Virus record (IMG/VR): IMGVR_UViG_3300019135_000021
Length of the DNA stretch: 64,000 nt
DNA from: an uncultured virus (IMG/VR IMGVR_UViG_3300019135_000021)
Taxonomy: Duplodnaviria; Heunggongvirae; Uroviricota; Caudoviricetes
Direction: 5' to 3' (one strand)
How positions within the stretch are numbered: the stretch's first letter is position 1; every line of letters begins with the position of its first letter. The notes under the pieces are model-generated. The model was not told the origin of the DNA and did no database searches. It worked only from the letters and a program-made list of their open reading frames with translations. Both the position numbers and the translations under genes were made by a program. Shown piece by piece: positions 20,861 through 30,067 of this stretch.

Positions 20861-23135
20861 GAGTTTTAAATTTTTCTTTTAAGCCGTTGTAGTTATTCGT
20901 TAAATCATCAGGGTACAGCGGAATCAATGGAATGTCATACTTCTTACAAAACTCTATTTTATAATTAGCTCTTTTTTTATAATAATCTTTATCTGTCATT
21001 CCGAAATACTCAACAATGACTCTGTTGTTAACAAACCAGTCAAGTTTTATATTTGGAATATTATTTTTGCCCAGTATATCTTTATAAAGAACCTCTTTTA
21101 CATACGCTATGTTATTTTCTATAAATAAGTCGGTTATTTCTTTCTCTTTTTTTGAAAGGCATACATCCCCATTTAATGATATACAGTGAATTGACCTACC
21201 AAAAATAGATTGATTAGGATCAAGACCTGCTTTTAGACAAGCATTTCTGTAACCATCAAAATACCTAATATATGTTGAAATTCCTTGTAGGTTTCGGTTC
21301 TTTTGAACTTCTACTGATGTAGGTGTTCTTCCTAAAGCATGAGCGTACTCTTTAAGTTCTTTGATTAGATGATCTCTAATTTTTTCTTTTTTATTTTTGT
21401 AATATTCCTTCGTTCTCTTTAGATTCAAGTTTTTTGTTGCCATACTTTGAATCGAAGACCATGATCTATCTTTGAACATTTTTAATAATTCTTCATCAGT
21501 AGAGGTCTGATAATGTTTTTTCAGCATGTTAATATCTTCTTCGCTCCAAAATTCTCTAATTTTTAAACCCATATGATTAACTTTAGAAACAACAGAAGAT
21601 TCCGTTCTATTAGGCAACATCTTAAGGAGTTCATGAAAAGACACTTTTCCATAAAATTTTCGAAGAATCTTTTCTTCTTTTTCGGTGTAAAAATTTGAGT
21701 TTCTTTTTATACCGAGTTTATAAGCCTTTGTAGTAATACTCTCTTTTGAAAAAGGTGCAAGGTTTTTAAGTAAATCCTTCCACTCTGCGTTAGGATAGTG
21801 AGCTTTCAAATAGTGGATTTGTTTTTCTGACCAACGATTATTACGTGTTAGATTAACATTCATCTTATTCAAATGATAATAAATAGGCGCAGTATGTGTA
21901 TAATTAAAGTGTTTTGCTATATCTCGCATATCAACTCCTGCTTCATACATTTCCTTCATTTTAAGTAATTCATTATTAGAGAGATTTTTTGATCGTTCTC
22001 TATTAATTGGTAGACCAGCTTTTTTTAGCGCATTATTCCAAGAGCCAAAACGTTTAGTGAAAGTATCATAGTTTAAATCATTTTCCGCAAAATCTTTTGC
22101 AACAGGAGTTCGATTGTATTTGTCGTAGAAGTTCCTCAGAAAAGTTATTAAATAATCATTTGAGAATTTTTCTTTTCCAAATTTAGCTTTATAAGATTTT
22201 TTTAATCCGAGGCTATTTGCTTTATGCTGTATTGTGCTTTTGCTCCTTTTCTTAATGAGAGCATCGTTTATGTCCTCATAAGAATAGTCAGCATACATAC
22301 GTTTTAAGGTTTCGATATCATCAACATACCATCTGTCGCTAGTCATTACGCCAATACTCTCTAAAAACTTTATCCATCCCCCAAACTTTCGTTCGTAAAC
22401 AGATGGGGAAGGGCAAGATGGGTTTTTCTTTAAATCCTCTAAACTAGGGTATCTTCCAAGATCGTTCTTTAATTTCCAATAAAAATTAATCAGATCCTCT
22501 TTTGTAAACTTTCTTTTTAAGGGTTTTGTGTAATGAATTGAACAGTTGCATTTTGGACTCTGTTTAACCGAACTCCATGTTCGTTCAGTTGGTTTTCCAC
22601 ATGGACAAATAAGCAACATTTTTGAATTTGTGTTTACATATTTCCCATCGGCTATTGAAAATCCATGTTCTTTTAGAAAGTTTTCAACATATGAAGAATC
22701 TGCTCTCTGTTTTTCAGCACTCTGATTTATTGCACAATCCTTACACCTTTGTCCTGCTCTAAATTTATTCCAAGTCTTATAATCTTTTTTCCCACACGAA
22801 CAGATATAAGCCATCTTAGTAGAGCTATTAATATACATGGATTCAAGGAGCTCACAATTATTCTCTTTAAAAAATTTTTTCACATATTCAAAGTCTAGTT
22901 TATTCGGCTTCTTTGCTTTTTTTCTTACACATTTATTGCATTTTTTATGATGGCTGTTTCTAAATGAATAGAAATTTGTAGTTCCTATTTCTCCGCAAAC
23001 ACATCTGTAAGAAAGTTTCTGCCTAACGTTTTTAAATTCTGAAATAAGTTCACATCCATGTTTCTTGAAATAATCTCGCACAAATTCATGAGTGTATATT
23101 TGAGCCAATGATGTTCTCTCCCTTTTTAAATCCAT
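20811..23135 (-). CDS. Multi-repeat DNA-binding protein with C-terminal PD-(D/E)XK-like nuclease; putative free-standing homing endonuclease
   Basis: Three CxCG zinc-ribbon repeats, homing-endonuclease-associated repeats (LGRYPS..FGGW, NRTPV..FGSWNNALKKAGL, LGRTPT), Trp-containing helical repeats, C-terminal S..E...D.....VEYFG. Confidence 0.7.
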   Translation of the reverse strand: MDLKRERTSLAQIYTHEFVRDYFKKHGCELISEFKNVRQKLSYRCVCGEIGTTNFYSFRNSHHKKCNKCVRKKAKKPNKLDFEYVKKFFKENNCELLESMYINSSTKMAYICSCGKKDYKTWNKFRAGQRCKDCAINQSAEKQRADSSYVENFLKEHGFSIADGKYVNTNSKMLLICPCGKPTERTWSSVKQSPKCNCSIHYTKPLKRKFTKEDLINFYWKLKNDLGRYPSLEDLKKNPSCPSPSVYERKFGGWIKFLESIGVMTSDRWYVDDIETLKRMYADYSYEDINDALIKKRSKSTIQHKANSLGLKKSYKAKFGKEKFSNDYLITFLRNFYDKYNRTPVAKDFAENDLNYDTFTKRFGSWNNALKKAGLPINRERSKNLSNNELLKMKEMYEAGVDMRDIAKHFNYTHTAPIYYHLNKMNVNLTRNNRWSEKQIHYLKAHYPNAEWKDLLKNLAPFSKESITTKAYKLGIKRNSNFYTEKEEKILRKFYGKVSFHELLKMLPNRTESSVVSKVNHMGLKIREFWSEEDINMLKKHYQTSTDEELLKMFKDRSWSSIQSMATKNLNLKRTKEYYKNKKEKIRDHLIKELKEYAHALGRTPTSVEVQKNRNLQGISTYIRYFDGYRNACLKAGLDPNQSIFGRSIHCISLNGDVCLSKKEKEITDLFIENNIAYVKEVLYKDILGKNNIPNIKLDWFVNNRVIVEYFGMTDKDYYKKRANYKIEFCKKYDIPLIPLYPDDLTNNYNGLKEKFKTHGINFGNGDEQNEKIP

Positions 23136-23352
23136 CCCAAGAAATTTTCACATTATGTACTTTGACCGTCCCTAAAACTTTTCCATTTTTGTGTAGTAGA
23201 GTCAACTCAGTCAAATCAACTCGATCATCGGATATGGCATAGTATGAATCAAGTATTGCTAAACATTTGCTAGAAGCTGCTGTTTGACGCGACACTGTAA
23301 GCATAATAGTCCCATATACTTTTTTGCTCAGCATTTTATTATCAACTCCCAT
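23086..23352 (-). CDS. Hypothetical protein
   Basis: 88-aa ORF, first gene of an operon divergent from the Xre gene. Confidence 0.55.
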   Translation of the reverse strand: MGVDNKMLSKKVYGTIMLTVSRQTAASSKCLAILDSYYAISDDRVDLTELTLLHKNGKVLGTVKVHNVKISWDGFKKGENIIGSNIHS

Positions 23353-23416
23353 TCGGTTGTTGTAATCATACTACACTAATCATTAATGGGTAGTCAATAA
23401 TGTTTTTTGGCTTGCC

Positions 23417-23716
23417 ATGAAAATTAAGTTAGGGCATAATGTATACATAATATACATTCAATGTACAGTTATTGTTTCGATTGGAGAGATTGTTTTGAAA
23501 TTTATTAATGCTAAACCGCGGCTAAACGAAATTTTAGATGAAAGAGGTATTTCGCAATTAAAACTTTCACAAATTACAGGTATTAGCCAATCAGCAATTA
23601 ATCGCTTTGATCGAAATAAGCAGCACCTAGATAATCATTTATTTATTATCTCGCGAGTTCTTGGGATCACGATTGAAGAACTTTTTGAAGTTGAAGAGGA
23701 AGAAGAAAACAAATAA
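23417..23716 (+). CDS. Xre-family HTH regulator (true start probably later, TTG AAA TTT)
   Basis: LNEILDERGISQLKLSQITGISQSAINRF...LGITIEELF. Confidence 0.85.
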   Translation: MKIKLGHNVYIIYIQCTVIVSIGEIVLKFINAKPRLNEILDERGISQLKLSQITGISQSAINRFDRNKQHLDNHLFIISRVLGITIEELFEVEEEEENK

Positions 23717-23725
23717 GTCGCCCAG

Positions 23726-24382
23726 TTAATGAGCGACTTGATTTGTTTTTCTTATGGCCAATTCCAGAACACCTTGCCAATATTCAGCTTTCTTTAATGC
23801 ATAAGACACTGTAGAGTCTTCTTTGTTCCAACCTTTATTAATTCTACGGTTTAACTTATCACGAGTAGGGAGGAAATCAATATAATAAACTGGATTTTCA
23901 AAATCTTCATTTGTGATCTTTAACCGAATTCTTTTCACAGTGTTTATGCCTGTGGTATTGGGAGAACTCCCACCAATAATTGCTCCAACTCCACCAGCAA
24001 TTGCACCCCCAATTAAAGCTCCAGCTACTTGTTGACCTCGTGAAGCTTTCATAACCGTTGTATCATCAATAAGTATTTCTGAATCGACAATTTTATCAAA
24101 GGGGATAGCAACTTCATGAATCGCCCCATTTGGGGACACCCTATATATTTTAAATAGCTCATTTTCTGAATTGAAGGCAATTTTCATTTTTCCGTCAGGG
24201 TTTATATATGATTTGTTCGGAGAAAAATCTAAATCATATTGATCAAGGTTTTTTCGGTCACTTTTTTTACCCTCTTTTTGTTTTTCTTCTTGCTTTTTAC
24301 CCTCAGACAGAGCATATCCAAAGAAAACAATAAACCCTGCAATAATTAACATTGCGATAAACACACCAAACCACCTCATCAA
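23726..24382 (-). CDS. yomJ: YomJ-like membrane protein (candidate superinfection immunity)
   Basis: N-terminal TM, GALIGGAIAGGVGAIIGG glycine zipper, YIDFLPT and AEYW motifs match recalled YomJ; synteny. Confidence 0.75.
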   Translation of the reverse strand: MMRWFGVFIAMLIIAGFIVFFGYALSEGKKQEEKQKEGKKSDRKNLDQYDLDFSPNKSYINPDGKMKIAFNSENELFKIYRVSPNGAIHEVAIPFDKIVDSEILIDDTTVMKASRGQQVAGALIGGAIAGGVGAIIGGSSPNTTGINTVKRIRLKITNEDFENPVYYIDFLPTRDKLNRRINKGWNKEDSTVSYALKKAEYWQGVLELAIRKTNQVAH

Positions 24383-24512
24383 ACAATATGCCTAAATTAT
24401 ACCACAATTTTCTTCCTCAGGAGTGTTTATCTTGAGCAGAAGGGAAGTCATGATAATGGAAGCAAATCGTGGTACAATTAACTTCATATTACAATAATGG
24501 GGGTTTGTTAAA

Positions 24513-24974
24513 TTGATGACAATCGGTCTTGCTGTTGCTGGAGGAGCTATTTCATTGGTATCTGCTCTTTTTGTTCAGTGCTTCCAATTTAAAAACCAAA
24601 TAAAAATGGAAGAAATTAAAGTTAAAAGAGAATATAAGCTAAAAAGAATGGACGTTTATAATGAAATCTTGAAAATCCAAAACAAAGATTATGTTGCAAC
24701 TATTAATGCTGAGGAAGGAACATGTAAGTTTAATTACGATATTTATTTAAATTCAATAAAACCTATATTGTATCAAAATTATCATCTGCTTGGGGAAAAA
24801 GTCATTGAAGCGGTTAAGAACATAGAAGATTTCTTGTACTCAAGAAATGTTGCATATGATCGCCCAGATATTACTGATGAAGAGGTATGCACTGATTTTT
24901 TGAATATGATTAACCTTATGGAAAATGAAGCTAAGCAATTTAGACTTGATCTGGAAAAAGTTGAAATTATTTGA
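24513..24974 (+). CDS. Hypothetical membrane-anchored protein
   Basis: N-terminal TM then helical domain; own TGGTACAAT extended -10. Confidence 0.65.
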   Translation: MMTIGLAVAGGAISLVSALFVQCFQFKNQIKMEEIKVKREYKLKRMDVYNEILKIQNKDYVATINAEEGTCKFNYDIYLNSIKPILYQNYHLLGEKVIEAVKNIEDFLYSRNVAYDRPDITDEEVCTDFLNMINLMENEAKQFRLDLEKVEII

Positions 24975-25034
24975 GCTAAGAGAGTGGAATCACTCTCTTA
25001 TTTATCTTGAGCATAAGGGAAGGGGAGAGGTTCA

Positions 25035-25199
25035 TCAATTCCCACTCAAAGTCTCAACAAAACGCTGCCTATACAGTTCTTTTCTCTTTTCAAGGTCATC
25101 AGTACTATCACCACATTGGCTTATAAGAATCGATTCAGCTGAAAACCACTCTTCAAGAACCTCCTCGAATACTTCTAAAAGTTCACAATAGTTTTTCAT
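25035..25199 (-). CDS. Small hypothetical protein (54 aa)
   Basis: MKNYCELLEVFEEVLEEWFSAESILISQCGDSTDDLEKRKELYRQRFVETLSGN with AGGTG RBS; not in ORF track. Confidence 0.5.
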   Translation of the reverse strand: MKNYCELLEVFEEVLEEWFSAESILISQCGDSTDDLEKRKELYRQRFVETLSGN

Positions 25200-25260
25200 G
25201 GGCTTTTCACCTATTCTTTGGTATATTATTCTTGTTCATGAAAAAAGGGGGACTTATTCT

Positions 25261-26001
25261 ATGCAGGATGCGCTCTATTTGCTCGATGAAGCAGAACAGG
25301 CTTTAGAGGATATATCTAAATTACACGATAAGGCTCTAGCTTCTGAAGATTTGCAACGTACCTTAGCCTTTAAAATTAAAAATTTTTTGGCTGCTTTGAA
25401 CTCTTCTTTGGATTACGCTGCATATTATATCTTTGAAGTGTTTTGTCTTGAAAATGCATCGGCAGTTTACGATAATATTGAATACATAAAAAGAAAAATA
25501 TATTTTCCGGCCTATAAAAAAGAAAAAATTTTTGAAGAGCAGGTTAATAAACATTTTGTGGGCTTAAAGGAAGACCATAATTTTCTTTATGAAGTATTTA
25601 AGATGCCCCAAGAGTTCGAAATCGGCTCATCTTGGTTAACTGACTTTAAAAAACATTGTAATGAAACCAAACACGTAAGACTCACACGAAACAAAAAGCT
25701 CTATTCTGGAACATTGGATTATTTGTCATTCCCAGAGGGTATTACTATGCTGAATAATAAGTTTGAAGGAGTAGGGCAGGTTTTGACAGTGAATGATGTT
25801 CCTTTTGATCCTGATAATCCACATAACCATCCTTACATAAATCAGTATGAAGGAGAATTCACTTCATACTTTTCCTTTGAAGGTAGTAGTAAACCTATAG
25901 TTAAAACTCTTGAATTTTATTTGAACATGGTTATGGAGATCGTAACTAATATAAATGATTATTGTGAATCTCAACAAATTAAACCACCAAAAAAGAATTA
26001 A
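25261..26001 (+). CDS. HEPN-like helical protein
   Basis: ATG 25261 after AGGGGG RBS; FLAALNSSLDYAAY and CNETKH resemble HEPN-fold motifs. Confidence 0.55.
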   Translation: MQDALYLLDEAEQALEDISKLHDKALASEDLQRTLAFKIKNFLAALNSSLDYAAYYIFEVFCLENASAVYDNIEYIKRKIYFPAYKKEKIFEEQVNKHFVGLKEDHNFLYEVFKMPQEFEIGSSWLTDFKKHCNETKHVRLTRNKKLYSGTLDYLSFPEGITMLNNKFEGVGQVLTVNDVPFDPDNPHNHPYINQYEGEFTSYFSFEGSSKPIVKTLEFYLNMVMEIVTNINDYCESQQIKPPKKN

Positions 26002-26166
26002 TCTGTTTCTTTTTTATAGTATCATCTGTATTGCTTTGTATCAGCAAATATCTTGTCAAACTCGACCGGGCGGTCTGCTTTTGTCGTTCCATCTTAGCAG
26101 ACTTTTTCCGGTGCAATGTTTTTTACCTGCATTCAAAATAAAAAGACACCATTGAGATGCCTTTTG

Positions 26167-26631
26167 TTACTTATCTGATTTAACTTGTTCAATCAAATCC
26201 TTTAAATATGCTGCTGTATCTGATATTTTCTTATCCTTTCTGATAGCCCTATATAAGACAAAGCACACAGTTAAGGCAGTAATACCATACATTAAATAAT
26301 TAATATAATTTTCCTCGGAAATTTTTGTGAGGTTAACTTTAAATAAAATTTGTAAATTAACAAGAGCTGTACCAATAAAAACCGCGCCAATAGTCCACAA
26401 TTTAGTATGATCAAACTTTCGTTGAATTCTAGCTAGTCTGGCTATAGCCGCAGATAAGTCTGTTTTTGATAGAGATTTCAACGCTTCAACTTTCTTTTGG
26501 TGAATCTCATGGTTATAGTTGACCTCTTCAGGAAATTCTCTTTTAATAAACTCTATAAGGTCACGAGTTTTTAACTTGATTAAACTCTCTTCTAAATATT
26601 TTTTATAATATTCATCACTATCCATTTCCAA
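26167..26631 (-). CDS. Two-TM membrane protein, paralog of 26815..27276
   Basis: IARLARI..FD, two TMs, AAYLKDLIEQVKSDK. Confidence 0.7.
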   Translation of the reverse strand: MEMDSDEYYKKYLEESLIKLKTRDLIEFIKREFPEEVNYNHEIHQKKVEALKSLSKTDLSAAIARLARIQRKFDHTKLWTIGAVFIGTALVNLQILFKVNLTKISEENYINYLMYGITALTVCFVLYRAIRKDKKISDTAAYLKDLIEQVKSDK

Positions 26632-26646
26632 ATCACCTCATAGTGA

Positions 26647-26673
26647 TTATCGTACATAAATGGAAAATCTTAA
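26647..26673 (-). promoter_or_regulatory. Sigma-D-like promoter
   Basis: TTAA-N15-TACGATAA upstream of the GAGGTG RBS. Confidence 0.5.
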
Positions 26674-26814
26674 AGAGGAGGGAGGGGAAACCTCCCTAAA
26701 TTGTAGTACGATTAGAATGATCACTAAACGAGGAGAGATTGTTATGGAAAAAAGACCAGATAACAGACCAATGTTGGATAATTCACCATATATGCCAAAT
26801 AAAAAAGACATCCA

Positions 26815-27276
26815 TTAGGATGCCTTCTCTTTTTCCGATTTCACCTGTTCCAGTAAGCTCCTATATTGAGCTGCTCGGGATCGATGATCACTACCATTTT
26901 TAATAATGAATATAACCACGAAGAAAATAAAGTATGATACCAGAATGAAGATCAACTGAAATTTTTCGTCATCTGTATAAAAATTGAAAACTTGAGTAAG
27001 CATAAACACAGTTGCCGCTATGAAACTGGGAACCGTCTTCGAATTGTCGAAAGACTCCTCGATTTCTTTCATCCTTGCGATGCCAAGTATTATTGTATCT
27101 AAATCAAGCCGTCTAATTCGGTGTAACTCAATTTTCTTGTTTTTGTTTGAACTATAACCAAAATAATCTCTAATGTATTTCTGTATTTCTTCATCAGGCC
27201 ACGTTAGCAATACCTCTCCTAAATCTTCAGGCTCTTTTTTTAGTTTATTCCTTTTCCTAATCCACCATCTAAACAT
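26815..27276 (-). CDS. Two-TM membrane protein, paralog of 26167..26631
   Basis: Start ATG 27276 after GAGGTG; IARMKEI..FD, two TMs, AAQYRSLLEQVKSEK. Confidence 0.7.
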   Translation of the reverse strand: MFRWWIRKRNKLKKEPEDLGEVLLTWPDEEIQKYIRDYFGYSSNKNKKIELHRIRRLDLDTIILGIARMKEIEESFDNSKTVPSFIAATVFMLTQVFNFYTDDEKFQLIFILVSYFIFFVVIFIIKNGSDHRSRAAQYRSLLEQVKSEKEKAS

Positions 27277-27298
27277 CCCATCATTCACCTCGATCCTA

Positions 27299-27325
27299 TT
27301 ATCGGGCAAATGTGGAAAATTTTAA
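27299..27325 (-). promoter_or_regulatory. Sigma-D-like promoter
   Basis: TTAA-N15-CCCGATAA, close to the B. subtilis sigma-D consensus TAAA-N15-GCCGATAT. Confidence 0.6.
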
Positions 27326-27343
27326 AGAAGGGGATATGACAAT

Positions 27344-27680
27344 GTGCTATACTTTAATTACCAAAATATTGGAGGCCGACCATTGATGAACTTCGATCCT
27401 GAGAAATTCAAGAAACTTCTTAATTCTGCGTCAAATCCTTCAAATCCAAAGGATACAAAAATAAAGAACTATTACGTGAATCAAGAGTATCAAGAATTTG
27501 TATCTTTCGATATTGACTTTGAGAATGTAGATATCGCCTTGCGTATTGCTGGACTTTTAGGAAAACACGCTACGAACTTTACTATAACCACTTTGCATTT
27601 CCCTGACACAAACAAAATTGATTATATTTAGTATTCAAAATTAATGACGCGGAACTTTTAGCTATCCTAGATCAAATATA
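27344..27680 (+). pseudogene. Hypothetical gene with probable frameshift near 27625
   Basis: GGAGG RBS before MNFDPEK; ORF stops at 27631 but a shifted frame continues LVFKINDAELLAILDQI* to the terminator. Confidence 0.4.
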
Positions 27681-27775
27681 AAAATAAAATCCCACTTAAT
27701 GATAAGTGGGATTGGTTATTAATCGGTGCATCTCTGTAAGGATGCACTCTTAAAAAGCGATTAACATTTTTGTTA
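27680..27775 (-). ncRNA. Putative small RNA (about 95 nt) downstream of the PemK-like gene
   Basis: TTGACA(27809-27804)-N17-TATTAT promoter, hairpin GTGCATC/GATGCAC, terminator AATCCCACTTA/TAAGTGGGATT plus T tract, no ORF. Confidence 0.55.
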
Positions 27776-27817
27776 CTATTATAATACATCTAAGTTTTTA
27801 TTTTGTCAATGGTTGTT

Positions 27818-28495
27818 TTAAACTTGATGGTTTTTTTCTTTTAAAACCTTTATTTCATCTCTTAGTTCAGCAATTTCTTGTTCCATGTCATTGATTTTTT
27901 GATACTGTAAGCTATAAAGCAATGAAAAGGAAGTTTCAATTACTTCTTGAAAAATTGATCCCACTAAATAAATATCTTCATTCAAAGAGGATATCTTATT
28001 CAATAATCGCCCTTTACTTATAATCCTCAATTCATCCATTACAATAGCTGATTCAGATTCAAATCCATCAGCAGGAGTAACTCTCCTGTAACGTTTAAGT
28101 CCAGAAGGATTTGTTATTGGATGAAAAGCATCTTTCACTTTGTCAGGACTTGATGTAACAGGTAACACGATCAATTTGTTTTCAATTTCATCGAGAATTA
28201 GAACAGGATGACAATAAGCAAATTCGAAATTTAGTCCTAAATCGGCTAAAAAGATTTCCCCTTGTTGTGGTGTTACTATATTGTTCCTTTCCTTATACTG
28301 ATTAAACCGCCTTCTTTGAATCCAGTTCTGTAAGCTTTTTGTTATTTCTGACAGCTCATCTTCATTAACTTTATAAGAACAGTGATTTACAAAGTTAAAA
28401 GATGTGAGGAGAAACTCTCTCCATACTTTTTCTGAATCAGAAGCCTTAATATTATTTGATAAATTGTTAAACTTGCTAAAATCAGGTTTAAGCAT
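27818..28495 (-). CDS. PemK/MazF-fold protein with N-terminal extension and C-terminal coiled coil
   Basis: QGEIFLADLG..EFAYCHPVLIL...LIVLPVTS...AIVMDELRIISKGRL. Confidence 0.75.
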   Translation of the reverse strand: MLKPDFSKFNNLSNNIKASDSEKVWREFLLTSFNFVNHCSYKVNEDELSEITKSLQNWIQRRRFNQYKERNNIVTPQQGEIFLADLGLNFEFAYCHPVLILDEIENKLIVLPVTSSPDKVKDAFHPITNPSGLKRYRRVTPADGFESESAIVMDELRIISKGRLLNKISSLNEDIYLVGSIFQEVIETSFSLLYSLQYQKINDMEQEIAELRDEIKVLKEKNHQV

Positions 28496-28632
28496 TTGAT
28501 CCTCCCAAAACTTGATGAATAATCGATTCGACAGAATAGGAGGAAATACCTTCTTTTTTTACAAATTTTCATTTCACACAAAAGCAAAACCCCTTTAGGG
28601 AAGGGATCTTGATTTTGAATAAAAGAGTGATT

Positions 28633-29670
28633 TTACATAAATATTTGATTCTTTTCTTCTTTAAAATCGCGAAGATCATAGTGTTTGATTGTAGTGGAGA
28701 CATCTTCGTGTTGAGCAATGTATTTGCTGACAAGTTCAATCTTGATTTTCTTGACTTCGAGTAAGTAGGTGATACAAGAGGCTTTAAAAAGGTGAGGGTT
28801 GATTCTGCGGCCAAGAATGTCTGACAAAACATCGGAGCAAAAATAATCAGCCCATGTTTCTGACATTTGCTTTGGTTGTCCACCGTAAGTAGTGGTAAAG
28901 AGGTATTCATGATCGTACCCGCGTTTTTCATGCCACAGCTTTAAATATTTTAGAGCTTCTGTATTGATCATGTATTCCAGTACCTTGCCTTCACCACTGC
29001 CTTTGCCAAATACTTTATGCGATAACACATATTGCTGGCCTTCAGGGATAGGGTAATCTAAGATTTCTGTCTTAAACTGAATGATTTCAGCTCTTCTAGC
29101 TCCTACATTAAAAGCAGTTGCAAGCCAAGCCATCCCTAAATAGTTCTCATCTTCTTCAAGTGCTTTCATCATTGTTTGATAATCTTCATATGTAATTTTT
29201 ACTTTTTCATAGGTGATTGTCTTAGGAATAGCAGGGAGGCCGCGGGTAAAGTTCCTGAATGTTTTATAATTGTCGTCATCTTCAGCCACGACGTTTTCAA
29301 TATAGTTATTTAAAGAGGAAACACCAGCTTTTTTTAGTGCGATACCACTGGAAGACATGCCTCTGTTTTTTAAGAAACTTTGGTATCTAATGAAGTCACG
29401 CTTAGTGATCTTATACAGTTTCTTTCCATTTAGAGAATTATGTACCCACCAAAAGAATTGCCGAAGGGAAGAGGTGTATTGCTTTCTCGTTTTGTCACGG
29501 AATGAGTGAGCATCCAAGAATTCTTCTGTTAAATTTCTGTGCTCCTCATCAACCTGCAGCCACATCTCATCAGTAACATCAGGCAGCTTCTTTGCACGGG
29601 GACGTATCATATTCTGTTTTATTTCTTTCGCCATTAATTCACCACCACTATTTAATTGTCTTGTGCCCAA
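28633..29670 (-). CDS. yomM: Tyrosine recombinase
   Basis: GARRAE, GKG, HLFK, H, C-terminal HY; synteny. Confidence 0.85.
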   Translation of the reverse strand: MGTRQLNSGGELMAKEIKQNMIRPRAKKLPDVTDEMWLQVDEEHRNLTEEFLDAHSFRDKTRKQYTSSLRQFFWWVHNSLNGKKLYKITKRDFIRYQSFLKNRGMSSSGIALKKAGVSSLNNYIENVVAEDDDNYKTFRNFTRGLPAIPKTITYEKVKITYEDYQTMMKALEEDENYLGMAWLATAFNVGARRAEIIQFKTEILDYPIPEGQQYVLSHKVFGKGSGEGKVLEYMINTEALKYLKLWHEKRGYDHEYLFTTTYGGQPKQMSETWADYFCSDVLSDILGRRINPHLFKASCITYLLEVKKIKIELVSKYIAQHEDVSTTIKHYDLRDFKEEKNQIFM

Positions 29671-30067
29671 GTTTGTTAATATCCTTGGTCACAGCTTCAA
29701 TTAAGCGGCCATTCTTTAAAGCTTCAGCAGTGTTAGTCATGAAAGGTCTTGGTCTACCATAGCCATAACCATATGTATCAGGATAGGTATAGCCTTCACC
29801 AGTTTCAACAACAGTTGCAACATCACGACCTTCATCTTCTCGAATGTTATCCAATGAGAGCCCATTAGCTTCATTTTCAGTTACAAAGGAACTTTTCAGC
29901 TCGTGAGTTCTTTCATAAACTAAGGGATTGTACACGTCGTAAACATCAGTTTCAACATGTTCTTGCCCAGTTTTGATTAACGTTTGCTTAGTGCTGCTAT
30001 TAGATTGTTGGATGGCCTTTAAAGCTTCTGTCTCTACTAAAATGGCGAGATCTTTATAAGTCGCCAT
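29648..30067 (-). CDS. yomN: Tail-associated protein
   Basis: YERT and PRPFM motifs; synteny. Confidence 0.7.
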   Translation of the reverse strand: MATYKDLAILVETEALKAIQQSNSSTKQTLIKTGQEHVETDVYDVYNPLVYERTHELKSSFVTENEANGLSLDNIREDEGRDVATVVETGEGYTYPDTYGYGYGRPRPFMTNTAEALKNGRLIEAVTKDINKLGHKTIK

